From positions 52 through 64,051 of the forward strand of contig CAKZUF010000020.1 in assembly GCA_937921685.1 (NCBI GenBank): DNA of 64,000 bases, written 5' to 3'. The notes under the pieces are model-generated. The model was not told where the DNA came from and searched no databases. It saw nothing but the letters and a program-made list of their open reading frames with translations. The stretch is from an uncultured archaeon. GTDB taxonomy: Archaea > Thermoproteota > Nitrososphaeria_A > Caldarchaeales > Calditenuaceae. Positions 37,885 through 47,167 of this stretch are shown here, in pieces (within the stretch, counting starts at the first letter, position 1; each line of letters starts with the position of its first letter). A program made the translations under genes and the position numbers.

Positions 37885-38169
37885 ATGTCTCAACTCCGTA
37901 AGGAGGTAACATTAAACTTGAGGGAGGCTTACGAGGCCCCCAAGCTCCGCCGAGCAAAACGGGCCCTCAACATTATACGCGAAAAGGCGGCTAGGATAGC
38001 TAGGGCTGAGAGGGTGAGGATCTCGGAGGAGTTGGCTCGGTTCATCTACTCGAGAAGTATTGAACGGCCTCCAAGGAAGGTGACGATAGTCGTGGAGAAG
38101 GATGAGGAGGGTGAAGTCGTTGTGAGGCTTGGGGGTGAGGGTGCTGCCGAGCAGGGCTCAGACCAATAG
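37885..38169 (+). CDS. rpl31e: 50S ribosomal protein L31e
   Basis: 94 aa; 'LREAYEAPKLRRAKRALNIIREKAARI' is the L31e pattern. Confidence 0.8.
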   Translation: MSQLRKEVTLNLREAYEAPKLRRAKRALNIIREKAARIARAERVRISEELARFIYSRSIERPPRKVTIVVEKDEEGEVVVRLGGEGAAEQGSDQ

Positions 38170-38833
38170 TGTACTCTTCGTCGACGTTTTTGGCACGCCT
38201 CATATAGGTCTCTTCGCAGCGAACAGTGAAAACCTCTTAATAGTGCCGCCAGGCCTCCCCTCGAAGAAGGTTGGACTCATGGCAGGCATTCTGGGCTCAG
38301 AGCCCGTCCAAACATATATTGCGGGATCCATCCTAATAGGCCCACTCGTCTGCATTAATAGCATTGGCGTCATTCTGCCAAAAACTGTCCTAGACGATGA
38401 AGTATCGCAAATAAGGTCTGTGGCTCCTGATTTAAATGTCTACATCTACAGGGGCAGGGAGACCGCGATGGGTAATTTGGTGAGCGCCAACGATTATTGT
38501 GCCGTAATATCTCCCGAGGTCCAGTCCAGCGAGGTGAGGGCCATAGCCGATACCTTGGGCGTCGAGGCCATATCCATGACCATAGCGGGTAGAAAGCATG
38601 TAGGCTCAATTTGTCTACTCACCAATCGTGGGGGATTAATCCACGTAGAGGCGACTGACGAGGAGGTTAGAGTTGTTGAAGAATACTCGAAGGTTAGGGT
38701 CCTGAGGGCTACGGTGAACAATGGGAACATGTTCGTAAAGAGCGGTGTGCTGGCTAACACTAAAGGGGCCCTGATAGGGGCGAGGACTGTTGGGCCAGAG
38801 TTAATGACAATATCGACCGCTCTGGGACTATAG
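38141..38833 (+). CDS. eif6: Translation initiation factor 6 (aIF6)
   Basis: The 'VFGTPHIGLFAANSENLLIVPP' repeat architecture is present. No ATG is available, so a GTG/TTG start between 38129 and 38141 is used, overlapping the end of L31e. Confidence 0.8.
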   Translation: MLPSRAQTNSVLFVDVFGTPHIGLFAANSENLLIVPPGLPSKKVGLMAGILGSEPVQTYIAGSILIGPLVCINSIGVILPKTVLDDEVSQIRSVAPDLNVYIYRGRETAMGNLVSANDYCAVISPEVQSSEVRAIADTLGVEAISMTIAGRKHVGSICLLTNRGGLIHVEATDEEVRVVEEYSKVRVLRATVNNGNMFVKSGVLANTKGALIGARTVGPELMTISTALGL

Positions 38834-38917
38834 TATACCCTTAAAGGGCTATGTAGGAATTCTGACGCTGCAGAAACTGTATTTATATTATAGGCACACG
38901 CTATTTGCCCTGAGGAA

Positions 38918-39370
38918 ATGAGTCTCAAGATAACCCGCGAGGACGTTGAAAGGGCACTTTCAGAGCTGACCATTTTAGAGAGAATTGTGCGCGAGCTTCA
39001 GGCCCGGCTCCTAGCTTTGGAGAGCTCAATAGGCGAGCACAATAGATGCTTAGAGCTTCTCGACGAGATTGCGAAGTCCCAGGGTGAGGTCAGGGGGCTA
39101 ATGCCGATAGGGGGAGGCGTCCTAGTGGAGGGTATCATAACGAATCCAGACATCTTCAAGGTAAACATCGGCGATAACGTGTTTATCGAGATGTCGCTGG
39201 ATAAGTGTAGGGGTTGGCTACTCGCTAGGAAGCAGAGGCTTGAACAGGCGAGAGCAGAGGCTGGCCGGGCTTTGCAGTCATATTCCGAGAGGATTGAGGC
39301 GATTAGAAGGTTTCTCGCCTCTGTAGAGAGGGCGGCGGGCGCGGGGCAAGCTGGTGAGGGTGGAACATAG
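38918..39370 (+). CDS. pfdA: Prefoldin alpha subunit
   Basis: 150 aa with a coiled coil - beta hairpin ('MPIGGGVLVEGII') - coiled coil layout. Confidence 0.75.
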   Translation: MSLKITREDVERALSELTILERIVRELQARLLALESSIGEHNRCLELLDEIAKSQGEVRGLMPIGGGVLVEGIITNPDIFKVNIGDNVFIEMSLDKCRGWLLARKQRLEQARAEAGRALQSYSERIEAIRRFLASVERAAGAGQAGEGGT

Positions 39371-40279
39371 ATGCTGGAGGGCCTCAAGAAGGCCTTCCAA
39401 ACACTTACTGAAAGGGTTTCCAAGACTAGGCTCTCTGAAAAGGAGCTCAGAAATGCGTTAGAAGACTTCAAAATCCAGCTAGTAAGCAGTGACGTCTCGA
39501 TCGAGACAGCCGAGTATATTGTTGAACTTCTGAGGCCTAAGCTTGCGGAGGTTCAAGTTCCTAGATTTGGCGATAGCGAAGAGGCCATATTGAAGGTCTA
39601 CCGGGACGTGCTTTCGGAGATTTTGTTACACGCTTCCCCCGAAAAGCTGCTCGAAGAGATTAGATTGAAGAAGAATACGAGCGGAGAACCCTACGTCATA
39701 CTCTTCGTCGGGCCCAATGGAGGGGGGAAAACAACGACAATAGCAAAGATTGCTTGGTGGCTAAAGAAGAACAGTTTAATTCCTGTCCTAGCATGCGCCG
39801 ACACGTTCAGGGCTGCCGCTATAGAGCAGGCGAAGAACTTGGCGGCACAGGTTGGGATTCGAGCCATCAGTCAGCGATATGGGGCCGATCCGGCTGCTGT
39901 GGCCGTGGACACCATAATATCCGCTAAGGCTGGACGGGAGCCAGTGGTGCTCATTGATACTGCTGGTAGGAGTGAGGCTAAAAAGAACCTTCTCGAGGAA
40001 ATGAAGAAGATAAAGAGGACCTCAAACCCCGACCGCGTTATACTTGTACTTGACTCCTTAACCGGCTCCACGGCCCGCGAGCAGGCGCGGATATTCCATA
40101 ACGATGTTGGGGTAGACTATGTTATACTCACTAAGATGGATAGTGATTCTAGAGGTGGTCTGGCCTTGACAGTCTGCCACGAGATAAAGAGGCCGATACT
40201 ATTTATCGGAGTTGGACAAGGTCTTGACGATCTGATACCGTTCCAAAAAGAGTTCTTAATAGAGAGAGTTCTAGCCTAG
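39371..40279 (+). CDS. ftsY: Signal recognition particle receptor FtsY
   Basis: SRP GTPase motifs 'GPNGGGKTTTIAKIA', 'DTAGR' and 'TKMD'. Confidence 0.9.
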   Translation: MLEGLKKAFQTLTERVSKTRLSEKELRNALEDFKIQLVSSDVSIETAEYIVELLRPKLAEVQVPRFGDSEEAILKVYRDVLSEILLHASPEKLLEEIRLKKNTSGEPYVILFVGPNGGGKTTTIAKIAWWLKKNSLIPVLACADTFRAAAIEQAKNLAAQVGIRAISQRYGADPAAVAVDTIISAKAGREPVVLIDTAGRSEAKKNLLEEMKKIKRTSNPDRVILVLDSLTGSTAREQARIFHNDVGVDYVILTKMDSDSRGGLALTVCHEIKRPILFIGVGQGLDDLIPFQKEFLIERVLA

Positions 40280-41839
40280 GCTCCTCCTCATAATGGCTGA
40301 CCTTTGAAGCTCTTCGTTCGCCTCTTCCTCCCTCCCCTCAATCAGGGAGATTAGGAAGTTCTCCACAGTGTTTACATATTTCCGGTCTGAGAGTGTGCGT
40401 GGACCGCATTTAATTCCGAGCATCTCCTCTGCAGTGGCTATATCCTCCATGTAGCTCGGTATGAAGCGTTCCAGAAAATTGGCTCCAAAGACTTTCTGGA
40501 CTTGCTGTTCCCTCTCTGCGAGAATTGAGAGGTTCTCCCAGCTGAAATGTCTCGCGGCGAGGCTCAGGTCATGGACCAAGTTGACATGAAGCTCTCTAAC
40601 GGAGCTATATTCCTCCTCTCCCAGCTCTCTCAGGGCTCTTAACCCGATTAGCTCGGGGGGTAGGCCGAGTGAGTAGAAGAACGCGGTAAAGGGTATGGCC
40701 CTGGGGAGTGTTGTCCGCCTAAACGACCTAGAATAGCTGAATAGACCTATGTGGAGTTTCCTAGCCCGCCTCTGCGGTATGAAACGGGACTTCGAATTTA
40801 CTTCTTCAGCAGCATTCTCAAGCGAGTCCCCGTAGATTTTCATGAGTGTCGAGATGCCCTTCAATACTGTCTCTTCATGCTCCCTCTCTATCAAAATTGG
40901 GCTGCCGCTCGGCAGGTGTGTATTTAGTCTTTCAATTGCTCTGACGGCAAGTTCTCTTGGATGGTCATATCTGAATGCGGATTGGATGGTGACTGTCCAA
41001 ACTCCGGCGTATTCTTCGATGAACTTCTCCACATTTGTGGGTGAGTTGTGGCCCCGGAAGGGTAGGCATCCTGCACCTATGATCGGATATATTGGTATAC
41101 CGAGCCTCTCTGTGAGGGTCCCACATTTTGAGAGAGCTATTTTAGCCAAGACTGTCGCGGTTATGAACCCGTAGGTTAGGGCGGGGTCAGACCGCGCTAT
41201 GAAGACCCTGAGATAAGGTGGAGCAAAGAGCTCAACATATTTGGTAATAATGTCGTCGATTTTAATAATAGTGTCTGCGTCCTCGAAGAGGGGAATTATC
41301 TCCAAGTCCCCCGGCGTAACGTCTCCCAACAGGTCCCTAAGCGTGAATCCTCTAAAGTCTATGGAGGCGCTGAAAGGCTCCACGACGCACCGCCTATACA
41401 CCTCCCTTACCCGAACCATGTCCGTGTGACTGGCTGTAAACGGGAGTATGACCTCAAAGACTGCGGCCCTGTCACCGTTGTAGAAGATTCGGGCCACGTC
41501 GTTGTGGCGGGGAATTGCTTGAAGGGACTCTAAGAAGACCTTCCTCTCAGCTATCTCTATCAGAGGATTAGGGACCCTAAAAGTGAGGAATACATCGCGG
41601 CCTAGAATCTTTTCGCGGAAGTATTCCGGGTAGGTGCTTAGTAGCTTCCTGACGACGTAGGGGTCTATATCCTTCCCCTCAGCATCCCACATGACCTCCT
41701 GGCAACCATACTCGGAGTAGGCGAGGTATGCCTCCCTAACCTCGTCCTCCCCAGCTATCATTTCTCCACTACACCAAGGAGGGAGAACCGCGTTATCGGG
41801 GTGCTGAGACGCCATAGTCCTCGGAATCAGCCTCTCCAA
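40271..41839 (-). CDS. ppcA: Archaeal-type phosphoenolpyruvate carboxylase
   Basis: The N-terminus 'IPRTMASQHPDN' is diagnostic of the archaeal PEPC family. 522 aa. Confidence 0.8.
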   Translation of the reverse strand: MERLIPRTMASQHPDNAVLPPWCSGEMIAGEDEVREAYLAYSEYGCQEVMWDAEGKDIDPYVVRKLLSTYPEYFREKILGRDVFLTFRVPNPLIEIAERKVFLESLQAIPRHNDVARIFYNGDRAAVFEVILPFTASHTDMVRVREVYRRCVVEPFSASIDFRGFTLRDLLGDVTPGDLEIIPLFEDADTIIKIDDIITKYVELFAPPYLRVFIARSDPALTYGFITATVLAKIALSKCGTLTERLGIPIYPIIGAGCLPFRGHNSPTNVEKFIEEYAGVWTVTIQSAFRYDHPRELAVRAIERLNTHLPSGSPILIEREHEETVLKGISTLMKIYGDSLENAAEEVNSKSRFIPQRRARKLHIGLFSYSRSFRRTTLPRAIPFTAFFYSLGLPPELIGLRALRELGEEEYSSVRELHVNLVHDLSLAARHFSWENLSILAEREQQVQKVFGANFLERFIPSYMEDIATAEEMLGIKCGPRTLSDRKYVNTVENFLISLIEGREEEANEELQRSAIMRRSLG

Positions 41840-42046
41840 CCCGTGGAGAGCGGGAAAACCCCCTATTTATCTTAGTAACCAAGACGGCTTGTCGGTGGCT
41901 ACTATTGGGCCTAGCGCTGAGGGGTATGACGGAGGGTAAAGAGGGCTTAACCGTGGGCGCGGCTTTAAGCCCTTATGCTTCTTTTTCCCGTCCACACGCT
42001 CTGCTGTTAAGACAGAGTAGAGTGGGGGCAAATGGAGCCAGTGAGA

Positions 42047-42066
42047 GGAAAATCTAAAACAAGCCA
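42047..42066 (+). promoter_or_regulatory. Duplicate of the 20-nt 'GGAAAATCTAAAACAAGCCA' promoter/cbf5-tail element, 20 nt upstream of tRNA-Ser(UGA)
   Basis: It is an exact 20/20 match to 11736..11755. Confidence 0.45.
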
Positions 42067-42086
42067 AGGTTGTAAAATATCAACGG

Positions 42087-42172
42087 GCCGGGGTGGCAGA
42101 GAGGATAATGCGCAGGCCTTGAGAGCCTGTGGCCCACTTCGGGCCGCGAGGGTTCGAATCCCTCCCCCGGCG
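42087..42172 (+). tRNA. tRNA-Ser(UGA), class II, no encoded CCA
   Basis: It is nearly identical to the tRNA at 11775..11860 apart from the D-loop, anticodon loop (CUUGAGA) and variable loop. Confidence 0.9.
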
Positions 42173-42232
42173 CACCTTGTAGACAGTCTGGCTGTGTCCG
42201 TCTTCTCGGAAAACTCGCCATTATTTCGACGT

Positions 42233-44551
42233 CTACCGTCTATGCTGGGAAGACTTTAGGGCTGCTATTGCCGCCTGCCCTAATGCTATACCCCCATCGC
42301 CCGCCGGCACCTCTTCAGGCATAAGAACATCCACGCCCCTCCCCTCGAGAGCCTCCATCACGCCCTGAACTAGGTACTCGTTTACAGCAGCTCCACCTGA
42401 CAGGACCAAGAGCCTGCACCCCCCTAATATTCGGCCAGCCACTAGTCCTAGACCATATCCTACGGCGTGCTGCACCATGTAGCCTATCATTCGCCTATCA
42501 GTGCCGCATCTCAAGAGGTCTAGGGCCTGCAGAAGTATCTCGGCTGTATCTACGACGTATAGGCCATTGTCTCTGATGTGCACCTTGAGCCTCTCTGTGG
42601 TTGGCTTTGAATTGTCCTCGAGCATGATTGCCGGCTCACCCTCATAGGTCCGCCGGCTGCAGAAGCCCAGCATTACAGATGCGGCATCTAGCACCCTTCC
42701 GGTGCTCGAAGTGAGTGGTGGGGCACCTTCAAGCTGATTCAGCACGATGTTAAACTCCTCCCACCCCCTCCTAAACACTCTCTCCACGATTTTCAGCTCG
42801 CGAAAGATTTCTGTGAGCTCCTCTCTTTGCAGCTTGTCAGAGAGTATCCCTGCCAACATTCTTGCAGGATATTCGACTGCTAGGTCCCCTCCGGGCATTT
42901 TATGGGGCTTGAGGCATCCCACCCTCCTGAACCCGTTTAGACTCGCGAGAAGTACCTCACCACCCCATGCTGTACCATCCTCTCCAAGCCCGACACCGTC
43001 AACCGCAACCCCTACAACCTCCTCCTCACAGATGCCATGCTCTGCCAGGACGGCGGCTATGTGGGCCCAGTGGTGTTGAATCTTAAGCAATTCTGCACCG
43101 TATTTTCTAGCCCACTCTTCTGCGAGGAGGGTTGAGGGGTAGAGTGGGTGTAGGTCGGCAGCAATGACCGACGACTCGACAGGTATCTGATAGGTACTTA
43201 TCAGCAGTCCCAGATATTTTTCGAGGTCGAGGAAGGATCCATACTCGTCCACGTCGCCTATAAACTGTGTCAGAACAACCTTGTCGTCAAAAGCCACTGC
43301 CCCGGCGCTCTGCAGCATGGCACCAAACGCCACAACCTCCTTGGCGGCGCGGAATGGTAGCTGAAGCCACTTGGGCGCGTAGCCCCTCCCCCTTCTCAGC
43401 ATCGTAACCCGGCCTGCCGTGAACCGTACCACGCTATCATCCACCCTATTCACGATCACTCTATTGTGCGTGAGGAAATAGTCGACTATTCCGCGGAGCC
43501 TGTCGAGGGCCTCGTCGTCTCTGGTGCACATCGGCTCGTTGTGGGGGTTACCGCTCGTCATTATGGCGTACTTATCCCTTATCCGTGAGAGGAGGAGGTA
43601 GTGTAGGCCGGTGTAGGGGAGGAAGACTCCGAGCTTCCTCAGATTAGGGGCGACTAGACGTGATATGGGCGCGTCCTCAAGCAGGGGCAAAAGAAGTATA
43701 GGCTTCTCAGGCGAGTCAAGTATTCTGACAGCCTCAGGACCCAGTTCTACGAGGCGCGACACAGTATCTATGTCTAAGCACATGACGGCGAAGGGCTTAG
43801 TGGGTCTCCTCTTCCTCGAGCGAAGCTCCGCCACGACTCTATCATCTGTAGCCAAGGCTGCAATGTGGAATCCGCCCAACCCCTTCACGGCCACGATGTT
43901 TCCAGAGTCGATCAGCCCCGCAGCCTCCTCCACAGCATCTATACCATCGGCCAAGACCTCCCCCCTACTACTCAGGAGACGGACACGCGGGCCGCAGGCT
44001 GGGCAGCTGATCCCCTGAGCGTGAAACCTCCTCTCATTCTCAGGGTCAGAGTATTCTCTAAGACAGTCCGGGCATAGGGGGAAGTCCCTCATTGCCGTGT
44101 TATCCCTGTCGTATGGTATACTGTATATCATGGAGTACCGCGGCCCACAGAAGGCGCACGAGTTGAAAGGATATAGATGCCAACGCGTCTCCGAGAGTAT
44201 TTCCTCTAGACAGTCCCTGCATATCGAGAAGTCTGGTGGAATAATTGATCTAAAGTACGCCGACGAGTCGCTCTGCTCAATCCTAAAATCAGAGTAGCCC
44301 TTAGGGGTTGTCTGCATAATAGAGTACTCGTCTATTCGCGCCTTGTCAGGCTTAGACTCCCACAGCAGTTTGATAAACTCCTCCAACCTCTCAGACTCAC
44401 CTTCCACGTGAATCTCGACACCGCTTCCGCCCACGTTCTTAACATAACCAGTTACACCGGCCCGCCTAGCAATCCTAAAAACGAAAGGTCTAAACGCGAC
44501 GCCCTGCACAATCCCTGAGAGCCTCAGCCTGACGGCCTTCAAGAGACCCAC
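42233..44551 (-). CDS. hypF: [NiFe]-hydrogenase maturation carbamoyltransferase HypF
   Basis: Acylphosphatase N-terminus, two Zn-finger pairs (CRDCLEE...CAFCGPRY; CPDCLRE...CPACGPR), plus YrdC- and Kae1-like domains. 772 aa. Confidence 0.9.
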   Translation of the reverse strand: MGLLKAVRLRLSGIVQGVAFRPFVFRIARRAGVTGYVKNVGGSGVEIHVEGESERLEEFIKLLWESKPDKARIDEYSIMQTTPKGYSDFRIEQSDSSAYFRSIIPPDFSICRDCLEEILSETRWHLYPFNSCAFCGPRYSMIYSIPYDRDNTAMRDFPLCPDCLREYSDPENERRFHAQGISCPACGPRVRLLSSRGEVLADGIDAVEEAAGLIDSGNIVAVKGLGGFHIAALATDDRVVAELRSRKRRPTKPFAVMCLDIDTVSRLVELGPEAVRILDSPEKPILLLPLLEDAPISRLVAPNLRKLGVFLPYTGLHYLLLSRIRDKYAIMTSGNPHNEPMCTRDDEALDRLRGIVDYFLTHNRVIVNRVDDSVVRFTAGRVTMLRRGRGYAPKWLQLPFRAAKEVVAFGAMLQSAGAVAFDDKVVLTQFIGDVDEYGSFLDLEKYLGLLISTYQIPVESSVIAADLHPLYPSTLLAEEWARKYGAELLKIQHHWAHIAAVLAEHGICEEEVVGVAVDGVGLGEDGTAWGGEVLLASLNGFRRVGCLKPHKMPGGDLAVEYPARMLAGILSDKLQREELTEIFRELKIVERVFRRGWEEFNIVLNQLEGAPPLTSSTGRVLDAASVMLGFCSRRTYEGEPAIMLEDNSKPTTERLKVHIRDNGLYVVDTAEILLQALDLLRCGTDRRMIGYMVQHAVGYGLGLVAGRILGGCRLLVLSGGAAVNEYLVQGVMEALEGRGVDVLMPEEVPAGDGGIALGQAAIAALKSSQHRR

Positions 44552-44687
44552 CGATAAGCCGGGACAGGAGATTGTCTACCAATATTATCAAGTGTTGCGG
44601 TATATTAGGATGATAACCTTATTAAATATTAGAGATGTTGTTATATCTGTGGGACAGCAAGCAGACTTAAGATATCTCACAAAGAAG

Positions 44688-45818
44688 TTGTTTAGAGATA
44701 AAGCACTTGCATCCCAGATCATTAAGATAATCAGGGAGTATTGGGAGGTATTGCGCACCAGAAAGGGTGTCGAAGAGGTTAAGATAATGAATTTTTGTGG
44801 CACCCACGAATACACGACAACCCACTACGGGATTAGGAGTGTTCTCCCCCCTGGCGTTAACCTTGTGGCGGGGCCTGGATGCCCCGTCTGCATCACGCCT
44901 TCTTTCTACGTGGAGGCTGCTGTGAGGCTTGCTTTGGAGGGTTTAACCCTCTACACTTATGGTGATGCGTATAAGCTCCCGGCTGTAAAGGAGGTTGGGG
45001 GGTGCAGGAGCCTCTCAGATGCCAGGATGACGGGTGCTGATGTCAGGGTAGTGTACAGCTTCTTAGACGCGGTAAGAGACGCGGCTAGGCACGACAAGCC
45101 CTCCGTGTTTCTAGCAGTTGGCTTCGAGACCACCTGCCCTGCCTATGCCTCCAGCATCGCCAACAAGCTGGTACCCAAAAATCTAACACTCATCATGGCT
45201 GGTAGGCTGACCCCCCCGGCGGCAAGGTTTGCAGTGGAGAGGGTGGGAACAGTCTCAGGCGTTATAGCTCCTGGACACGTATCTACAATTACTGGCGCCG
45301 GAGTCTGGAGGTTCTTACCCGAGGAGTTCGGCATCCCCACCGTGGTCTCTGGGTTCGAGCCCCTCGACGTGCTGATAGCCATCACTCTCATCCTCAAACA
45401 GTTAGTGGAGGGTGAGCCTAAACTCATGATAGAGTATTCTCGAACGGTAACGATGGAGGGGAACAGACACGCCAAGAGGCTCCTGGCAGAAGTCTTCGAT
45501 ACGGTTGACGCTGCTTGGAGGGGGATAGGGTTTATCGAGAAGAGCGGGTACACTCTAAACGAAAATCTCAGCCAATACGATGCATTCAAAGTATATGGCA
45601 TCAGGGAACCGAGTAGGGAGGAGTGGAGACACGACCTCCTCCCCGGCTGTATGTGTGGGCAGGTGATACTGGGGGCGGCTAAACCCACCGACTGCAGGCT
45701 CTTCATGAAGCGGTGTACACCCGGCACTCCATATGGTCCTTGTATGGTGTCTGTTGAGGGGGCATGCTCGATCTGGGCTAGGATGGGTGGCCGGGAGTCT
45801 CTCGTAGAGGTGGTGTGA
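44688..45818 (+). CDS. hypD: Hydrogenase maturation factor HypD
   Basis: 'FCGTHE' (CGxH) and 'GPGCPVC' motifs. The TTG at 44688 is preferred because it leaves a 137-nt A/T-rich region shared with the divergent hypF. The start could be as early as 44592. Confidence 0.8.
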   Translation: MFRDKALASQIIKIIREYWEVLRTRKGVEEVKIMNFCGTHEYTTTHYGIRSVLPPGVNLVAGPGCPVCITPSFYVEAAVRLALEGLTLYTYGDAYKLPAVKEVGGCRSLSDARMTGADVRVVYSFLDAVRDAARHDKPSVFLAVGFETTCPAYASSIANKLVPKNLTLIMAGRLTPPAARFAVERVGTVSGVIAPGHVSTITGAGVWRFLPEEFGIPTVVSGFEPLDVLIAITLILKQLVEGEPKLMIEYSRTVTMEGNRHAKRLLAEVFDTVDAAWRGIGFIEKSGYTLNENLSQYDAFKVYGIREPSREEWRHDLLPGCMCGQVILGAAKPTDCRLFMKRCTPGTPYGPCMVSVEGACSIWARMGGRESLVEVV

Positions 45819-45819
45819 C

Positions 45820-46116
45820 TTGTGTCTAGGAGTTTATGGTAAGGTGTTGAGAGTTGAGGGAGAGTTAGCAGTCGTAGACTTTGGAGGCGGGTTGACTAGG
45901 GATGCACTTGTGGGCGTGGAGGAGGTTAGAGAAGGAGACTACGTGGTGGTTCACGCAGGAATTATAGTCTCGCGACTTAGCGAGGAAGAATTTGAAGAGG
46001 TCTTCCGATATGTCGAGGAGGCCGTTAAACAGTTGGCTATGATAGAGAGCAGGGCGGCAGAATACTTAGAGAGCATGAAGATGAGGCTCGAGGAAAACCT
46101 TTCTGGACAAAAGTGA
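45820..46116 (+). CDS. hypC: Hydrogenase maturation factor HypC
   Basis: The N-terminus 'MCLGVYGKV' has the essential Cys2. Confidence 0.85.
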   Translation: MCLGVYGKVLRVEGELAVVDFGGGLTRDALVGVEEVREGDYVVVHAGIIVSRLSEEEFEEVFRYVEEAVKQLAMIESRAAEYLESMKMRLEENLSGQK

Positions 46117-47150
46117 AAGGCACCTTGAGCAAGATTTCCCTCGCACATGGATCGGGGGGAATAGAAACCTCCAGCCTGCTAACGAGGCTGATACTTAACA
46201 GGCTCCCCGAGTGGATGAAGAGTCTCGACGGGGGCCTAGGCCTAGACTTCCCAGATGACTCAGCAGCAATCCCTGTACGGGAGGGCTACATTGTAACAAC
46301 GATAGACGCCTACACGGTAAGCCCAATCTTTTTCCCAGGAGGAGACTTAGGGAAGCTCGCTGCGGCCGGGACGATCAACGACATCCTTATGCTTGGGGGG
46401 AGGCCTATCGCTGTTCTCGACGCAATAGTAGTCGAGGAGGGGACTACTATGGACGATCTCTCAAGGATTGTTGAGTCTATGATCAGTGTTTTGGGGGAGG
46501 AAAAGGTCTGCCTAGTGGGTGGAGACATTAAGGTTATGCCGAGGGGGCAGCTAGACGGGATCCTAATAACTACAGCCGGGATAGGGGTCGCCTTGAGGAT
46601 TATAGTGGATAGAAACGTCAGGCCAGGCGATAAGATAATTGTTTCAGGGAATATCGGTGAACACGGAGCGGCGATCCTAGCTGCCCAGCAGGGGATTAAG
46701 TCAGATGAGTTTAGGAGCGATGTATCGCCATTGACCAAGCTCATGCTTCCCCTAATCGAGGACTATGCCGAAGACATTCACGCTGCTAGGGACCCGACGC
46801 GGGGCGGGATAGCCATGGCATTGAACGACTGGGCTAAGGGCTCCCAGACAATGATCGTGATCTACGAGTCGGAGCTCCCAATAAGGGAGCCGGTGGTAAA
46901 CCTTTGCGAGATGATGGGGGTGGACCCTTTGAACCTAGCCTCTGAAGGTACGGCATTACTTGCCGTGTCGCCGGACAAGGCAGATGAAGTGCTGTCCCGT
47001 ATGCATGAGCTGGGATATAGGGAGGCGCGTATAATCGGAGAGGCTAGGGAGAGAACTTCTAGCATTGGGTTGGTCGTCCTAAAAACATTGATTGGGGGTG
47101 CGAGGATACTTGAGCCGCCCAGCGGGGAGTTGGTTCCACGTATCTGCTGA
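46113..47150 (+). CDS. hypE: Hydrogenase maturation factor HypE
   Basis: AIR-synthase-like fold ending in the C-terminal 'PRIC'. Confidence 0.9.
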   Translation: MKGTLSKISLAHGSGGIETSSLLTRLILNRLPEWMKSLDGGLGLDFPDDSAAIPVREGYIVTTIDAYTVSPIFFPGGDLGKLAAAGTINDILMLGGRPIAVLDAIVVEEGTTMDDLSRIVESMISVLGEEKVCLVGGDIKVMPRGQLDGILITTAGIGVALRIIVDRNVRPGDKIIVSGNIGEHGAAILAAQQGIKSDEFRSDVSPLTKLMLPLIEDYAEDIHAARDPTRGGIAMALNDWAKGSQTMIVIYESELPIREPVVNLCEMMGVDPLNLASEGTALLAVSPDKADEVLSRMHELGYREARIIGEARERTSSIGLVVLKTLIGGARILEPPSGELVPRIC

Positions 47151-47167
47151 GTATTTGACACCGTCAG

